Source of the DNA: Vicugna vicugna
Lineage: Eukaryota
Assembly (NCBI GenBank): GCA_013265495.1
Contig: MU058449.1
Span: 1-64,000, forward strand
DNA: 64,000 nucleotides
Direction of reading: 5' to 3'
Shown here: piece after piece, positions 51,616-64,000 of the stretch
How the letters are laid out: every line of letters begins with the position of its first letter
Position numbering within the stretch: position 1 is the stretch's first letter
The notes under the pieces: generated by a model
What the model was told of the DNA's origin: nothing
The model's input: only the letters and a program-made list of their open reading frames with translations
The model's database searches: none
Translations under genes and position numbers: made by a program

Positions 51616-51722
51616 TTTCATTCATCTCATTTCATCTCATCTCATTTCATTTCATTTCATTTCATTTCATTTCATTTCATTTCATTTCATTTCATTTCAT
51701 TTCATTATTTCATTTCATTATT
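51616..51722. repeat. (TTTCA)n pentanucleotide repeat
   Basis: Direct inspection. Confidence 0.92.
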
Positions 51723-52038
51723 TAACCAAACCCATGAGAGAGAAAAATATCTAGAAAGGAAGAAAAAATTTAAACAAACTTTCACTCAGTCAATGATGCT
51801 TATCTCACTGGTTGGTAAATGTGCATGAATTTAATCAACTTGGACCCACGAGTCTTTTGGATAGAATATTTGCTGCAGGCACCTCCCCCACAAAAATATA
51901 CTAAAAGCCTAGTTCATGCCAAACCGTGCTGAAAGTGTGATGGGATTTTATTTTTCAGTCTGCGTTTCCCAAATCTGACTACACTCCCCCTATAAAACTA
52001 TGCTAATGATTTCTGAGTAATTTAATAAATTCATTCCT

Positions 52039-52992
52039 TTAACTTAAATGCTTGTTTCTTTGGGAAAAGAGGCGGCTCATTCCCTGGCGGATCTGCTTGG
52101 TCTTTACACTGTAAATGATGGGGTTCATCACAGGAGGCGCCAACACGTAGATATTGGCCGTGATAACATGAACCAGTGGAGAAGCATGCTTGGCAAAGCG
52201 GTGGGTCATTGACACCCCAACCATGGGCACGTAGAGCAACAGAACAGCCAGAATATGGGACAGACAGTTGTTGAGGGCCCTGAGTCTGGCAGTCCAGGTG
52301 GCTGAGCCCAAGATACTTTTCAGGATGAGTGTGTAGGAGAGCACAATGAGCAGAGGGTCCATCACAATAATGAGCAAAACCAGAGCAAACCCATACCAGC
52401 TGTTGACTCGGATGTCAGCACAGACCAGACGAATCATATCCTGGTGGAGGCAGTAGGAGTGAGACAGGAGGTGGGAGCGGCAGAAGGGCAGGCGCTTGAG
52501 CAGGAGAAGGGAGGGGAGAACGGCCAGAACACAGCGACAGAGGATGGCAACCCCAATCCTGCCAATGACTTCACTGGTGAGGATGGTGGCATAGTGGAGG
52601 GGGTGGCAGATGGCCACATAGCGGTCAAAGGACATGGCCAGCAGCACAGAAGACTCCATGAAAGAGAATCCATGGAGGAAGAAGAACTGGGCAAAACAGC
52701 CCTCAAAATTGATCTGACGGATGTCAAACCAGAGGAGCTGCATGACTGTGGGCAGGGTGGTGAGGGTGAGACCCAGGTCAGTCAGGGCCAGCATGGAGAG
52801 AAACAGGTACATGGGCTGGTGGAGGGAGGGCTCTGTGCCGATGACAGCGAGAATGGTGGTGTTGCCCATGATGGAGATGATGTAGAGGCAGCAGAAGGGG
52901 ATGGAGATCCAGATGTGGGAGGCCTCAAATCCAGGGATGCCCGTGAGGATGAAGTAGAAGGGGTCTTGGGTGGTGTTAGTCACCTCGGACAT
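52039..52992 (-). CDS. OR51Q1: Olfactory receptor 51Q1, 317 aa, intact
   Basis: MSEVTNTTQDPFYFILTGIPGFEASHIWISIP...HQDMIRLVCADIRVNSWYG matches OR51Q1 as recalled; an alternative in-frame ATG lies at 53043. Confidence 0.94.
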   Translation of the reverse strand: MSEVTNTTQDPFYFILTGIPGFEASHIWISIPFCCLYIISIMGNTTILAVIGTEPSLHQPMYLFLSMLALTDLGLTLTTLPTVMQLLWFDIRQINFEGCFAQFFFLHGFSFMESSVLLAMSFDRYVAICHPLHYATILTSEVIGRIGVAILCRCVLAVLPSLLLLKRLPFCRSHLLSHSYCLHQDMIRLVCADIRVNSWYGFALVLLIIVMDPLLIVLSYTLILKSILGSATWTARLRALNNCLSHILAVLLLYVPMVGVSMTHRFAKHASPLVHVITANIYVLAPPVMNPIIYSVKTKQIRQGMSRLFSQRNKHLS

Positions 52993-55466
52993 GACAGATG
53001 AAGAAAAAACCAGAATCTGTGTGTTCCATGATAAGATTTCCATCAGTGTGCTGCTGCCACAGAGACATCTACTCAATTTGCCTCTAACTTAAGGTCTTAA
53101 ATATGTGTCTAGGATAGCTTTTCTAACATCACAGAAGAATACAGCAGTCAGACCACTAACAACAGAGCCGTGGCTCTTTCTGCCACACATTTTCATTTAA
53201 AATGACCTTATTTTTTCAACTTTCACATCTGACACTACGCACTAAAATTTAGCTTTACGCATCACGCGTTCCTTGTAACACACTTCCCAGCAGCTCGGGC
53301 ATATATGTATATGCGCATAGAAACCTTCACAGGTGCAATTTCTAACTGAAGCTCTGAACAACTTTCTAGTAACCAAATCCAGATACGATTCCGTTAATCT
53401 TTTGCTCAACATACAGACAAATAAGATTCTACTCGCTGCTTCCTCGTAACCCACTGAATGGGACGATTATTGAGAAAGTGAAGGGTGGCTATGTCCAGGT
53501 GTCTTGTTTGAGCACTCTGTGATTGCAGTGGCAGCTGCTTTTATCGGGGCATTAGAGCAGGCGGAGACTAAGAGAAAGATCACCAGTTTGGTTTGTGGAT
53601 GCTGAGTTTGATGTTCATAGGAGCTATCCAAGAGAAGTGACAATTAGGCAGATGACCAAAAGGCTCAAGAAACAGAGATGTCTATGAGGAGTTTGGGGAG
53701 CCTTTGGCACATTGGTAGGAGCTGAGAACCTAGAAGTTGATGTGATAATTTGGCAAGAGTGTAGGGTGAGAAAGGAAAGGGGTTGAGGAAAGGTCTATTA
53801 AAAATGAAAAATTTATCAGCAGTGCAGATGTAAAAGCAACAGCAAAATAAACTGTGAAGGTCTGCTCATAGAAGTAGGTAGAAAACAAGGAAAATGGGAG
53901 TCAGAGGATAAGAAGGTAAAGGGTGTGGTTATGATACTAGTGCTTCTTAGATACTCAGTAAAACACACAATCCTAAAAAGCACCCACTCAATTTGGGATG
54001 TAAATGTCAGTAGTAACTTTTTGGGAAGACATTTCAACAGAGTGATGGGACAAGAAGCCAAACTGAAGTGGTCTGAGAAGCGGGTTAATAATGAAGGACT
54101 GGAGACAGCTTCTGCAGACAAAGGGGAAGCTATCCTGCCCCCTAGGGGACAAGTGGGGACTTTATTTTTTAAATAAATGAATGAATATAACTTGAGTAAA
54201 TGAATGGTAACGAATTTTTGGCGTGTACCGAGAAGGAAAGCTGTGAATCTCCTTGTGAAAAAATACACAAAGCATTTAATGGGTTCCTAGGATTAATGGA
54301 GTCCACTCATATTCCCCCTAAAGTGGCCATAAATGCCAAACTAAGAATTCCTGAAAAATTATTAAACTCAAGAATTTAGAAAATAATATAAAATAAAATT
54401 AGGAGAAATGGGAAAATGATGACGAAGAAAATAAAATTTTTTTCAGTTAGAAAAAGTTTTTAAACATAAATATTCAAAAATGATGTCTTTGAATGGGTCA
54501 ATGTAATTTGAAACCCTCTAGCAAATCTGATCAAGAAAGAGAAATATAGGCAAACATTTAGAAATGAAATAGAATGAAAGAAGCAAAACTGTAGAGAAAT
54601 TGCAGAGGCCAATGGGAGGACTCAAATGAAATAATAAATAATAGGAGTCAAAGTGTCCTGCAGGACTTAAACAATAAACCAAAAGATGAGGCCAGAGCAT
54701 TTTTTTTATTTTAAACTTAGCACTGAACGTTAATGGACTTGCTGAATATAGCTGAGGTATTAGAAACTTCTAAAATATTCCAAATAAAGAGCATGCTAGT
54801 CAGGTGTTTGGCCATTTGTAGAAGCATAAAGGAAAGAACATTCCAGACACAAATGGCGGTGTTACCTATTCAAGCACTCCTGGAGATGTCCAGACCCACC
54901 TGTGTGCTTTCTTGTTCCTTCAGTGCTCTCTGGGGTTTCTATTCTCTGCTCTGTGGCTGAATGTGGTTTTATGCTCCTGAAGCTCCCAGGCTGGAACGCG
55001 GGAGGTGGATGAAGAAACCTCGGAAAAATCTTACAGGAATATGATGGTTGTGTTCTGAGATTTGAGGCCCCAAGGGACAGAACCAGGAAAAATAACAGTA
55101 ATAATAAATATAATAGCAGCTAACGTTTACTGAGTGCTCAGCAAGTACCAACAACTGAGCTAGCTGACTCGTGGAAATGTGAAGATTTTGTTGGGCGATG
55201 TAGAAAAGACATAGCCCATATTCTGGCAATTGTTTCTCAGTGATCATTAGTTCATTTCTGCTTACGACCATAAGAGAGGGACTAATATGTTACGCATTGA
55301 TGTTGTCATCTTGGATATGATCAAACTCAGTTTTGATATGGCTTAAAGATTCTTGAAGCAAATATCCCAGATCTCTTGACAGAGTTAAAAGTCAGAGAGG
55401 CAAAATGGGATTTTTCTCTCTTCATGTCTTACAGATATTAGCCTCAACATACATTGCATTTTCTGC

Positions 55467-56050
55467 TTTTTTCTTTTTTTTCTATTGAAGTATAGTTGAT
55501 TTACAATGTTGTGATAATTTCTGGTATACAGCATAATATTTCAGTTATATATATATATATATACACATATATATTTCCTTTTCATATTCTTTTTCACTAT
55601 AGGCTATTACAAGATACTGAATATAATTCCCTGTGCTATACAGAAGGAACTTGCTGTCTATCTATTTTATATACAGTATTGTGTATCTGCAAATCCTGAA
55701 CTCCCAATATATCCCTCCACCTCTACACCCTTTCCCTCTTGGTAACCACAAGTTTGTTTTCTATGTCTGTGAGTCTGTTTCTATTTTGTAAGTAAGTTCA
55801 TTTGTCTCATTTTTTAGATTCTACATATAAGTGATATCATATGGTATTTTTCTTTCTCTTTCTGGCTTATGTCACTTAGAATGACAATCTCCGGGTCCAT
55901 CCATGTTGCTGCAAATGGCATTATTTTATTCTTTTTTATGGCCGAGTAGTATTCCATTGTGTATATATACCACATCTTCTTTATCCAGTTATCTGTTGAT
56001 GGACATTTAGGTTGCTTCCATGTCTTGGCTGTTGTAAACAGTGCTGCTAT
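55467..56050 (-). mobile_element. 5'-truncated L1 3' end
   Basis: T-rich head, tattgaagtatagttgatttacaatgtt ... gatggacatttaggttgcttccatgtcttggct. Confidence 0.92.
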
Positions 56051-57370
56051 TTTACTCCTTCCTCAGGAAGAAGTATGTAGAGATAATTGATCTAGGGTTT
56101 TATATGTGACTTTATTTAGATTGTGCTTCTTTCCAGATAGTGGAAATCAGCAGCTGTTCAGGTGTTCACTGTGAATGTCTCTTGTTTTCTACCACCAAAG
56201 GCACAGTGTTTCCTGCAAATATGGCTTATCTTTGTGATTCCTTCTGTATCTGGCTTACTTGGCTTTTTGGAGCTTTTTTGACTCCAGGGAAGATCCACCT
56301 CTACACCATTCCCATGACTTCAAAAGGGACATTATGAACGTAGAACAGAATATAAATTTATAAACCTTGAAGATACAGAATTTAAATAAAGAACACAATT
56401 TAGTTGGGGATGTAGTATTACACACATTTGAGAAGTAGTCTTAAATATATGATTACTTCCTCTTTAGTAGTTAAGGCTTAAATGACATAATTTAACATTG
56501 AAAAATAAAGTATTAAAACTAACATTATACTTATCATTATACATATAAAATTGTCAAAATTGATAACATATTGATAATATTGATAATACCTGAAGCTGAG
56601 GTTATATACAGAGTACAGAAGAGTTCTGTATCATATTCAATTTTTATATATATATATATAAACATTTCCCTCCTAAAATGTTTTAAAAATAAGGTAGTAG
56701 GTAGTATTGGGAAGTCCAATTATTTCATTCATGTTTATAGTAAAAGATTAGTAGGTATTGTCTAAAGACAGAGAATATTAAATGTGTATGGTTCTGTATG
56801 GCTCACAGGATATAGTGGGCGGGAAAACAATAACAGGAGGGAAGTTTTAAAACGTGAATTATAGAAAACATACAGATGAGTGATAACTGATTTTGCAAAG
56901 CAAGGAGATATAGACCCTAATTGACTACAGAGGAACAAATAAACAAGAAGCCAAGAGAGGCTCACTCAGAAAGTGCCATTAATTTGAAGCATTTGGAACT
57001 TAGGAACGCAGAGTGTGTAGGAATCAAAACTGGAGATTTCATGAAAATCAATGGGAAGATAAATTAGATGCAAAATTCACTCCTTCCTACCACACAAGCA
57101 AATGTTTATTTCACTCTAAAATTGTCAGATTGCATTTTATACACATTTTAATTGGGATATAATGTTCATAGATAAAAGTACCCACATTATAAAGTGAAAA
57201 GTTCAATAATTATCACTAAATAAATTAATCTTACATCCTCAATCCAGATCAAGAAAAAAGCTTTACTATGTCCCAATGGTCAATCTGGGTAGGTGTTCTA
57301 TATGCACTTGAAAAGAGTGTGTAATACCTATGATTTTAGAAAAAAAATCTCTTCTGACTTTGTCCTTTGT

Positions 57371-58324
57371 CTAAACTCTGGCTCTCTTCTCTGATAGCAT
57401 TCGGGCAATGCCATGATGGACTTCCTTGGTCTTAATGCTGTAGACAATTGGGTTGACAACAGGTGGGAGGAAGAGGTAAGCATTGGCCATCATTGAATGC
57501 AGCAAAGGGGACACATGACATCCAAAGCGGTGCACCATAGACAAGCTAATCATAGGCACATAGTAAGCAAGTACAGCACAGACATGTGAGCCACACGTGT
57601 TGAGTGCCTTCTTCCGTCCTTCCCCAGTGGCGATACTCAGTACAGTGTGGAGTATAAGCCCATAAGAGACCACAATGAGCAGCGAATCTAGCCCAAAAGT
57701 GGAGGTGACAATGAAGAGTCCATAGATATTGTTGATAGATGTGTCCCCACAAGGTAGATGGACAAGGTTGGGGTGGAGACAATAGGAATGGGAGAGGGCA
57801 TTATGGCCACAGAAGGGCAGGTGCCGTAAAAGCATGGGCAATGGGGCCATGAGCATAATGCTTTTCAGCCCAATGATAGCTCCAGTGCCAAAGATGCGGG
57901 GCAGAGTTAGGATGGCTGTATAGCGCAGTGGGCTGTAGATAGCTACAAATCGGTCGACAGACATGGCCAGCAACACAGCTGACTCCATAATGGAGAAAGA
58001 ATGGATGGAGAACATCTGGAAAAGGCATGCATCAAAACTAATCTCAGTCGTGCCAGAAAGGAAGATGCCTAGCACTGTAGGCAGGGTGGATGCAGAGACA
58101 CCAAGCTCAGCCAGGGCCAACATGGCAAGAAAAAGGTACATGGGCTGGTGTAGAGCGGCGTCTGTTCTGATGACATGAAGAATGGTGCCATTCCCCAGGA
58201 AGATGATAATGTACATCAGGCAGAAGGGGATGGATAACCAGATGTGCTCTGCCTCCAGCCCTGGGATTCCAACCAGAATGAACTTTGTAGGTAAGAACTC
58301 CAAAGAACTATTTGAGTTTTTCAT
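57371..58324 (-). CDS. OR51J1: Olfactory receptor 51J1, 317 aa, intact
   Basis: MKNSNSSLEFLPTKFILVGIPGLE...KALNTCGSHVCAVLAYYVP matches OR51J1 as recalled; in-frame ATG at 58342 (adds MERDSN) lies just inside the acceptor ttttaattttcaAG (58357-58358). Confidence 0.93.
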   Translation of the reverse strand: MKNSNSSLEFLPTKFILVGIPGLEAEHIWLSIPFCLMYIIIFLGNGTILHVIRTDAALHQPMYLFLAMLALAELGVSASTLPTVLGIFLSGTTEISFDACLFQMFSIHSFSIMESAVLLAMSVDRFVAIYSPLRYTAILTLPRIFGTGAIIGLKSIMLMAPLPMLLRHLPFCGHNALSHSYCLHPNLVHLPCGDTSINNIYGLFIVTSTFGLDSLLIVVSYGLILHTVLSIATGEGRKKALNTCGSHVCAVLAYYVPMISLSMVHRFGCHVSPLLHSMMANAYLFLPPVVNPIVYSIKTKEVHHGIARMLSEKRARV

Positions 58325-60576
58325 GTTGGAATCTCTCTCCATAAGATCAGTGCTACCTTGAAAATTAAAAACAAACCAGTGAGATGACATTATAATGGAG
58401 AAAGATCACTGGGCATGAGGAAAGAGAAGGAGAAAACAAAGGTCACAGACTCAAGTGGCCAAAAATCTCATGCCTGAAAATTGACAGATGACTACCATCA
58501 AGAAATCCCCAGTTTTAAGAAGGGGGTTATAGTCTCCATCAGAAGGAAGCTCAAGGCTAGAAGAAAATTATTGCTGTAAATTATAGTGTATTTTGAATCT
58601 AGTAAGAGAGAAATGACTGCCTTATCTTGGTGTGAAAATGCCTGACCCTAGAAAGCTACTGGGAGACAGGCATGTGGGGACAATCTCAGTGTCAGATATG
58701 GAATAATGTCAAGAATAGATGAACAGAGGTATTATTGGTAAATATATAGATATAAGGCAAAGAGCCAGTATATAAACCACTAAAAATACCTGATAAGTGA
58801 ATATGGATATACAAATAATTGAAGTCCAAAACAAGACTGAGAAATAGCAGTGACCCAGAATCTGGAGCAAGTGGCTGAAAAATTAAACTAGAAAAGAATA
58901 GAGCTCGGATCCTCACTGGCTTTGGCTATTCTGGGCTTTGAAAGGACAAGGAAGCACCTGTACAGATTATGTGAAAAGGACAGAATGAGGTAGGGACCAA
59001 GGTCGGTAGATTTGTATGGAGACTTTCAGGCTCATAAAAATATTCTGTCGTTGTGTGAATGCCATCCACAATCTCTCAATTCACAGTTCTCAGAGACAAC
59101 CTACCTGCCCCACTGGGACTTCTTTCTGTCTCAGACACACCTCTGAATACACTGCAGCAACACTGGAAACCCAAACAGACTTTAAGGAAGGTTCTCCTGG
59201 GCAGAAGAGAAAGGCAAGAGAGGGAAGGAGGAAACCACCTCTTTAAAATGGGCATATTTTAAGGTGAGCATTTTCCATGTCAGCACAGGACTAGAATTCC
59301 AGCACAACAGAATTCTGAATTGACAGGGTAGGAAGGTCCTCTGAAGGTATTTTTCAACTCATTCATCCAAACACAAGACACACACACACGCACACACACA
59401 CACCTGCTAACATATTTGCCCATGCACATACTTCCACACTTGCTGAAATCCTGTCTAAACTTCCCGGATGTGAACTCTCTATTTATTCAGCCACTGCTGA
59501 ACTTACAGGGATCTCACTGTTACATGGTGGTCATTATTAAGTTCTTCTTTTTGCCGAATAGTTATGACCAATCCACACTCCTTTCTGCCACATAGGACCT
59601 GTATCTTACAGGACCATGGCAACACAGAGTCCTGGACTTACTAGAAAATCTGTGCAACTTTCTTTTCCCACAGGGATTCAAATACAATCACCAAGTGCCC
59701 TGATGTCTTCTCTCTAAGCGAGTTATCATTATGTTAAGTGCTACAAAAGAAAAGTTCAGAAGCCAATAGGAAGGAACTAGAGGAGAAAACTTACTTTATT
59801 CTAAGAATCAGGGAATCCTTTCCTCAAAAACTATTTCAGCTGAGATCTGAGGAATTAGTAGACTTTTTCCAGGTTAAATGGAGAGGTTGGGTATAATAAA
59901 AGGCAGAAAAAAATTACCACGCCAGTGGGCATATAAAGCCCTACTTTGACAAGAACTGAAAGAAAATAGAGAGGAAAGGAAAACTCTTGATGCACTAGGA
60001 TATTGAACTGGTGATTTTTTTCATAATTTTTACTCCCATGAAAATATGAGAGGAAAATATGAAATAAAAGACTGCTGCCTGCAGAATCTCCGTGCACCTG
60101 TCATGGGCTGATGCAATTTACCTCAGCAAATACCAGCTTAGGAGAGACTCTGGGCTGTGGGCTGAAGTTTAGGACAGGGAAATTCCAGAACAAATTATTG
60201 ACCTCAAGAAATGATCACACATGGCAGAACTTCCTTTGTTTGAGGGACTTGAGGGAAATTTCTGTTCCCTACTTGTTATGGCCTCTTCTAGTTTTCTCCT
60301 CACCTCCAAATGCCCAACCCTTTCTTAACCCTTTCAATGAACCAAATACAGGTCTGCCTCTGGGTTGAGCAGCTATTCTTCTGTGGGTAGCCTCATTGCA
60401 ACCTTGATCCTATTGCACCCCTATTTCTTGCCTGTCCCATGCCAAGTGACCTGATATTGGAAGAGACATATCTTGAACCTAGCGTCTCCCCTCCCTGTTA
60501 TCAGCTATCTTCTTTGCCTCTGCACGCTCTTTTGTTTTCTTTCTTTCTTCCTTCTATCCTTTTTGCTTTTTTTTTT

Positions 60577-61297
60577 TACAGGGTTCAAGTTTTCTTCAAA
60601 AAGATCTTAAAATGTAATTATTTGTCTGAGTTTAGGATTTGTAGGACAAGAACGTTTCACACTGCGAGAGGTTGAAAGGAAATATTCAGCCTGTAGTCCA
60701 CTTAGTAAGTCACAACAGACCTGAAGAAAGAGCGTATTAAGCGATTCATACTGCATCCCTGGAAGTGGACAGAATTGGAGATGAACGCTGTGTGCAGAAC
60801 ACCTTCACATACTTAAGTTTTGTGGAGATTGGTTTCTTTATCTTTAAAGATAGAGGTGTTAAAACCCACCTCAGAGAGTGGCTTTAAGAGTTTCAGGTGA
60901 GCTTTCAGCAACCAATGAATATAACTATTCTCCACTATACAGGGTTCAAGTTTTCTTCAAAAAGATCTTAAAATGTAATTATTTGTCTGAGTTTAGGATT
61001 TGTAGGACAAGAACGTTTCACACTGCGAGAGGTTGAAAGGAAATATTCAGCCTGTAGTCCACTTAGTAAGTCACAACAGACCTGAAGAAAGAGCGTATTA
61101 AGCGATTCATACTGCATCCCTGGAAGTGGACAGAATTGGAGATGAACGCTGTGTGCAGAACACCTTCACATACTTAAGTTTTGTGGAGATTGGTTTCTTT
61201 ATCTTTAAAGATAGAGGTGTTAAAACCCACCTCAGAGAGTGGCTTTAAGAGTTTCAGGTGAGCTTTCAGCAACCAATGAATATAACTATTCTCCACT
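60577..61297 (+). repeat. Tandem duplication of a 360-bp unit (60577-60936 and 60938-61297)
   Basis: Copies read identical by eye; period 361; single A at the junction. Confidence 0.96.
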
Positions 61298-61953
61298 CTT
61301 TCTGCCTCCTCTCTCAGGCATTCTCAGGAGGCAGAAAGGAAGGAATCATTCAAAGTCAGGTTGTTCTGGCATTTCTATTGATAATGATTTTTTTTTGGTC
61401 ATTGCTTCACTGATACTCAGGGCTCATCTGTGAGGGAAACAAAGACACAAAGATTTTCCACTTAACACATGAACATATAAATAAGATATACGCGTGGCAT
61501 GACTAATTCAAGCTGTTATGACGACTAAACTATTTCTAAAATCCATGGCAGTCTCTGACGTCTTTCTTGTATTCTTCACCTACCATCAAGTTTAGGAAAG
61601 TTTTCTCTTGTTCTATCACACAGGCTCAGGAAGCTGGAAAGATGACTACTGAGGAGGGCTAATTGTAGGGTAGAGTTGAGAGTCTTTCTGAAAGCCACTG
61701 CTGAAAGCTGCTTCAGGAGGCAGGGCTGGAGATCACAGGCTCGAGACTCACCACACGCAGAACTGACCTCTGAACATTAAGTGACACTGGGGAGCCCACT
61801 CCAGCAAGTCGCAGCCACACTGGCATCAACACCTCCCCAGGCCTGGGGCCAAAACACTGCCTCCTTCTTTGTAAGCTGATCAGCTCTGGGGAGAGGAGGA
61901 AGAGAAAGGGATTTGGGTTCCCAAAGGAGCAACTACCCAGGTAATTACATCAC

Positions 61954-62282
61954 TTTTTTTTTCTATTGAAGTACAGTCAATTTACAATGTGTTAATTTCT
62001 AGGGTACAGCATTGTGATTCAGATATATATATATATTTATATATATATATATATATTATATATATATATTCCTTTTCTTTATAGTCCATTACAAGGTACT
62101 AAATATAGTTCCCTACTATACAATAGGACCTTGCTATTTATCTGTTTTATATATAGTAGTTTTTATCTGCTAATCCAAACTCCCAATTTATCCTTTCCCA
62201 CCCTCTTTCCCCCAACTAACCATAAGTTTGTTTTCCATGTTTTTGAGTCTTGTCTCTGTTTTGTATATAAGTTCATTTGTGC
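61954..62282 (-). mobile_element. L1 3' end with internal (TA)n
   Basis: ttctattgaagtacagtcaatttacaatg ... aagttcatttgtg. Confidence 0.85.
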
Positions 62283-62508
62283 CCTTTCACTCCTTTTCAA
62301 TGTCCAGGGATCCTTGAAAGAAATGAGCAAGGGTACAGAGTCAGTACCTCTATGAAATGAGTATAATAATAATAATATGCATCTCTATGAAAATGAGATC
62401 GCTGACATGTAAGTCGCTTAAAAAAGTATCTGGCTTGTAAAAAATGCACCATAAGGGCTAGCTACTGTTATAAATCCTATAGGACAATTATATCATGGAG
62501 AAATAATA

Positions 62509-62563
<55 letters not shown>
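62509..62563. repeat. (TTA)n microsatellite
   Basis: Direct inspection. Confidence 0.92.
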
Positions 62564-62565
<2 letters not shown>

Positions 62566-62594
62566 AATTCCTAATTTATCAAATTATTATTATT

Positions 62595-63178
62595 TCCTAA
62601 TTTATCCCTCCCTTCCCTTTCCCCTTTGGTAACCATACATTTGTTTTCTATGTCTGTGAGTCTCTTTCTGTTTTGTAAATAAGTTCATTTGTGTCAAACT
62701 ATTTTAGATTCCACATATAAGTAACATCATATGGTATTTTTCTTTCTCAGAAATTTCTGGCTTACTTCACTTAGTATGACAATCTCCAGGTTCATCCATG
62801 TTGTTGCAAATGGCATGATTTTATTCTTTTTATGGCCGAGTAGTATTCCATTATTCATATGTATACACCACAACTTCTTTATCCAGTCATCTGTCAGTGG
62901 GCATTAAGGTTGTTTCCATGTCTTGCTATTGTACATAGTGCTGTTGTGAACATTGAGGTGCATGTATCATTTTGAATTAGAGTTATCTCTGGATATATGC
63001 CCAGGAGTGGGATTGCTGGATCATACGATGAGTCTATTTTCAGTTTTTTAAGGGACCTCCATAGTGGCTGCACCAATTTACATTCCCACCAACAGCGTAG
63101 GAGGGTTCCTTTTTCTGCACACTCTCTCCAGCATTTATTGTTTGTAGACTTTTTGATGATGTATATTTTGATTGCTTT
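62595..63178 (-). mobile_element. L1 ORF2 C-terminus and 3' UTR fragment
   Basis: Minus [29 protein letters not shown]...[12 protein letters not shown] is the L1 ORF2 cysteine-rich tail. Confidence 0.92.
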
Positions 63179-63224
63179 CATTTAGAAGACAGAAGCAGAT
63201 TGTATTTAGGTGACAAAAACAGAT

Positions 63225-64000
63225 TGGAGTAATTTTGATTTTCAAGTCTCATTATTTCTGAAATACAGATTGTAAGGTTATAGCTGCCATAGATAGTGAT
63301 TCCTCTGAGGATCTGGGCAAAGAAAATTGAAAAGAAAAAAAAAACTTCTGGAAAATAGTCATCATTCTAGATACCATAAAGAACATTCCTGATTCACTGG
63401 AAGAGGTCAAGGTGTCAACATTAACAGGAGTTTGAAAGAAATTTCAACCCTCATGCATGACTGAGGGGTTCAAAACTTCAGTGAAGAAGTCTAACTGCAG
63501 ATGTGGTGGAACGAGCAAGAGAACTAGGACCAGAAGTGGAGCCTGAAGATGTGACTGAGTTGCTGCAACCTCACGATAAAACTTCAGAGGATAAGGAACC
63601 GCTACTTACAGATGAGCAAAGAAGGTTTCTAGAGATAGAATCTACTCCTGGTGAAGATGCTGTAAGGGACGTTGAAGGATTTTGAATTTTATTAAAAAAC
63701 AGAAAAACAAAAAACTTGGTTGATAAAACAGTGGTCAGGTTTGACAGGACTGATTCCCACTTTGAAATAAGTTCTCCTGTGGATAAAATGCTATCAAACA
63801 GCACTGCAGCCTAAGGAGAAATGCTTCATGAAAGGAAGGGTCAGTTGATGCAGTAAACTTCATTGTGCCTGTCTTTAAGTAATTGCCACAGCCACCCCAG
63901 CCTTGAGCAACCACCATAGTTTTTGAGACATATTTCTGTTGTGCACTTAATAGACTACAGTATAGTGTAAACATAACTTTTATAGACACTGATAAACCAA
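63225..64000 (+). mobile_element. Tigger1-like DNA transposon, 3' portion (decayed)
   Basis: atagctgccatagatagtgattcctctg; remnant peptide VVERARELGPEVEPEDVTELLQPHDKT. Confidence 0.9.

Noticed and set aside
52444..53001. Long antisense ORFs over OR genes (also 12110, 20919, 39646, 46617)
   Set aside because: Shadow frames caused by OR codon bias
1..64000. CRISPR arrays, operons or other prokaryotic systems
   Set aside because: Sequence is mammalian; no regularly spaced repeat-spacer array seen

Overview
Mammalian genomic DNA from the class I olfactory receptor (OR51) cluster that lies upstream of the beta-globin locus. The host is probably a camelid, judging from a Vic-1-like tRNA SINE and the L1 3' UTRs (recognition, not a database hit). 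The window holds seven intact single-exon OR coding regions: two unnamed OR51 paralogues, OR51I2, OR51I1, an OR51K1-like gene, OR51Q1 and OR51J1. It also holds the 3' end of a second OR51I2 copy at the left edge, plus L1, MIR, LTR and DNA-transposon remnants. The dominant unexplained structure is a large interrupted inverted duplication: 1-7053 pairs with 29418-22357, and 7315-7852 pairs with 17184-16654. The arms are clearly diverged and carry arm-specific insertions, yet 1-2120, which includes the OR51I2 coding end, is essentially identical to its partner. This suggests arm-to-arm gene conversion. Other notable items are a duplicated candidate OR enhancer/orphan promoter, homologous back-to-back OR promoters, an arm-specific AT palindrome and a perfect 360-bp tandem duplication. 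I found no new protein-coding system.
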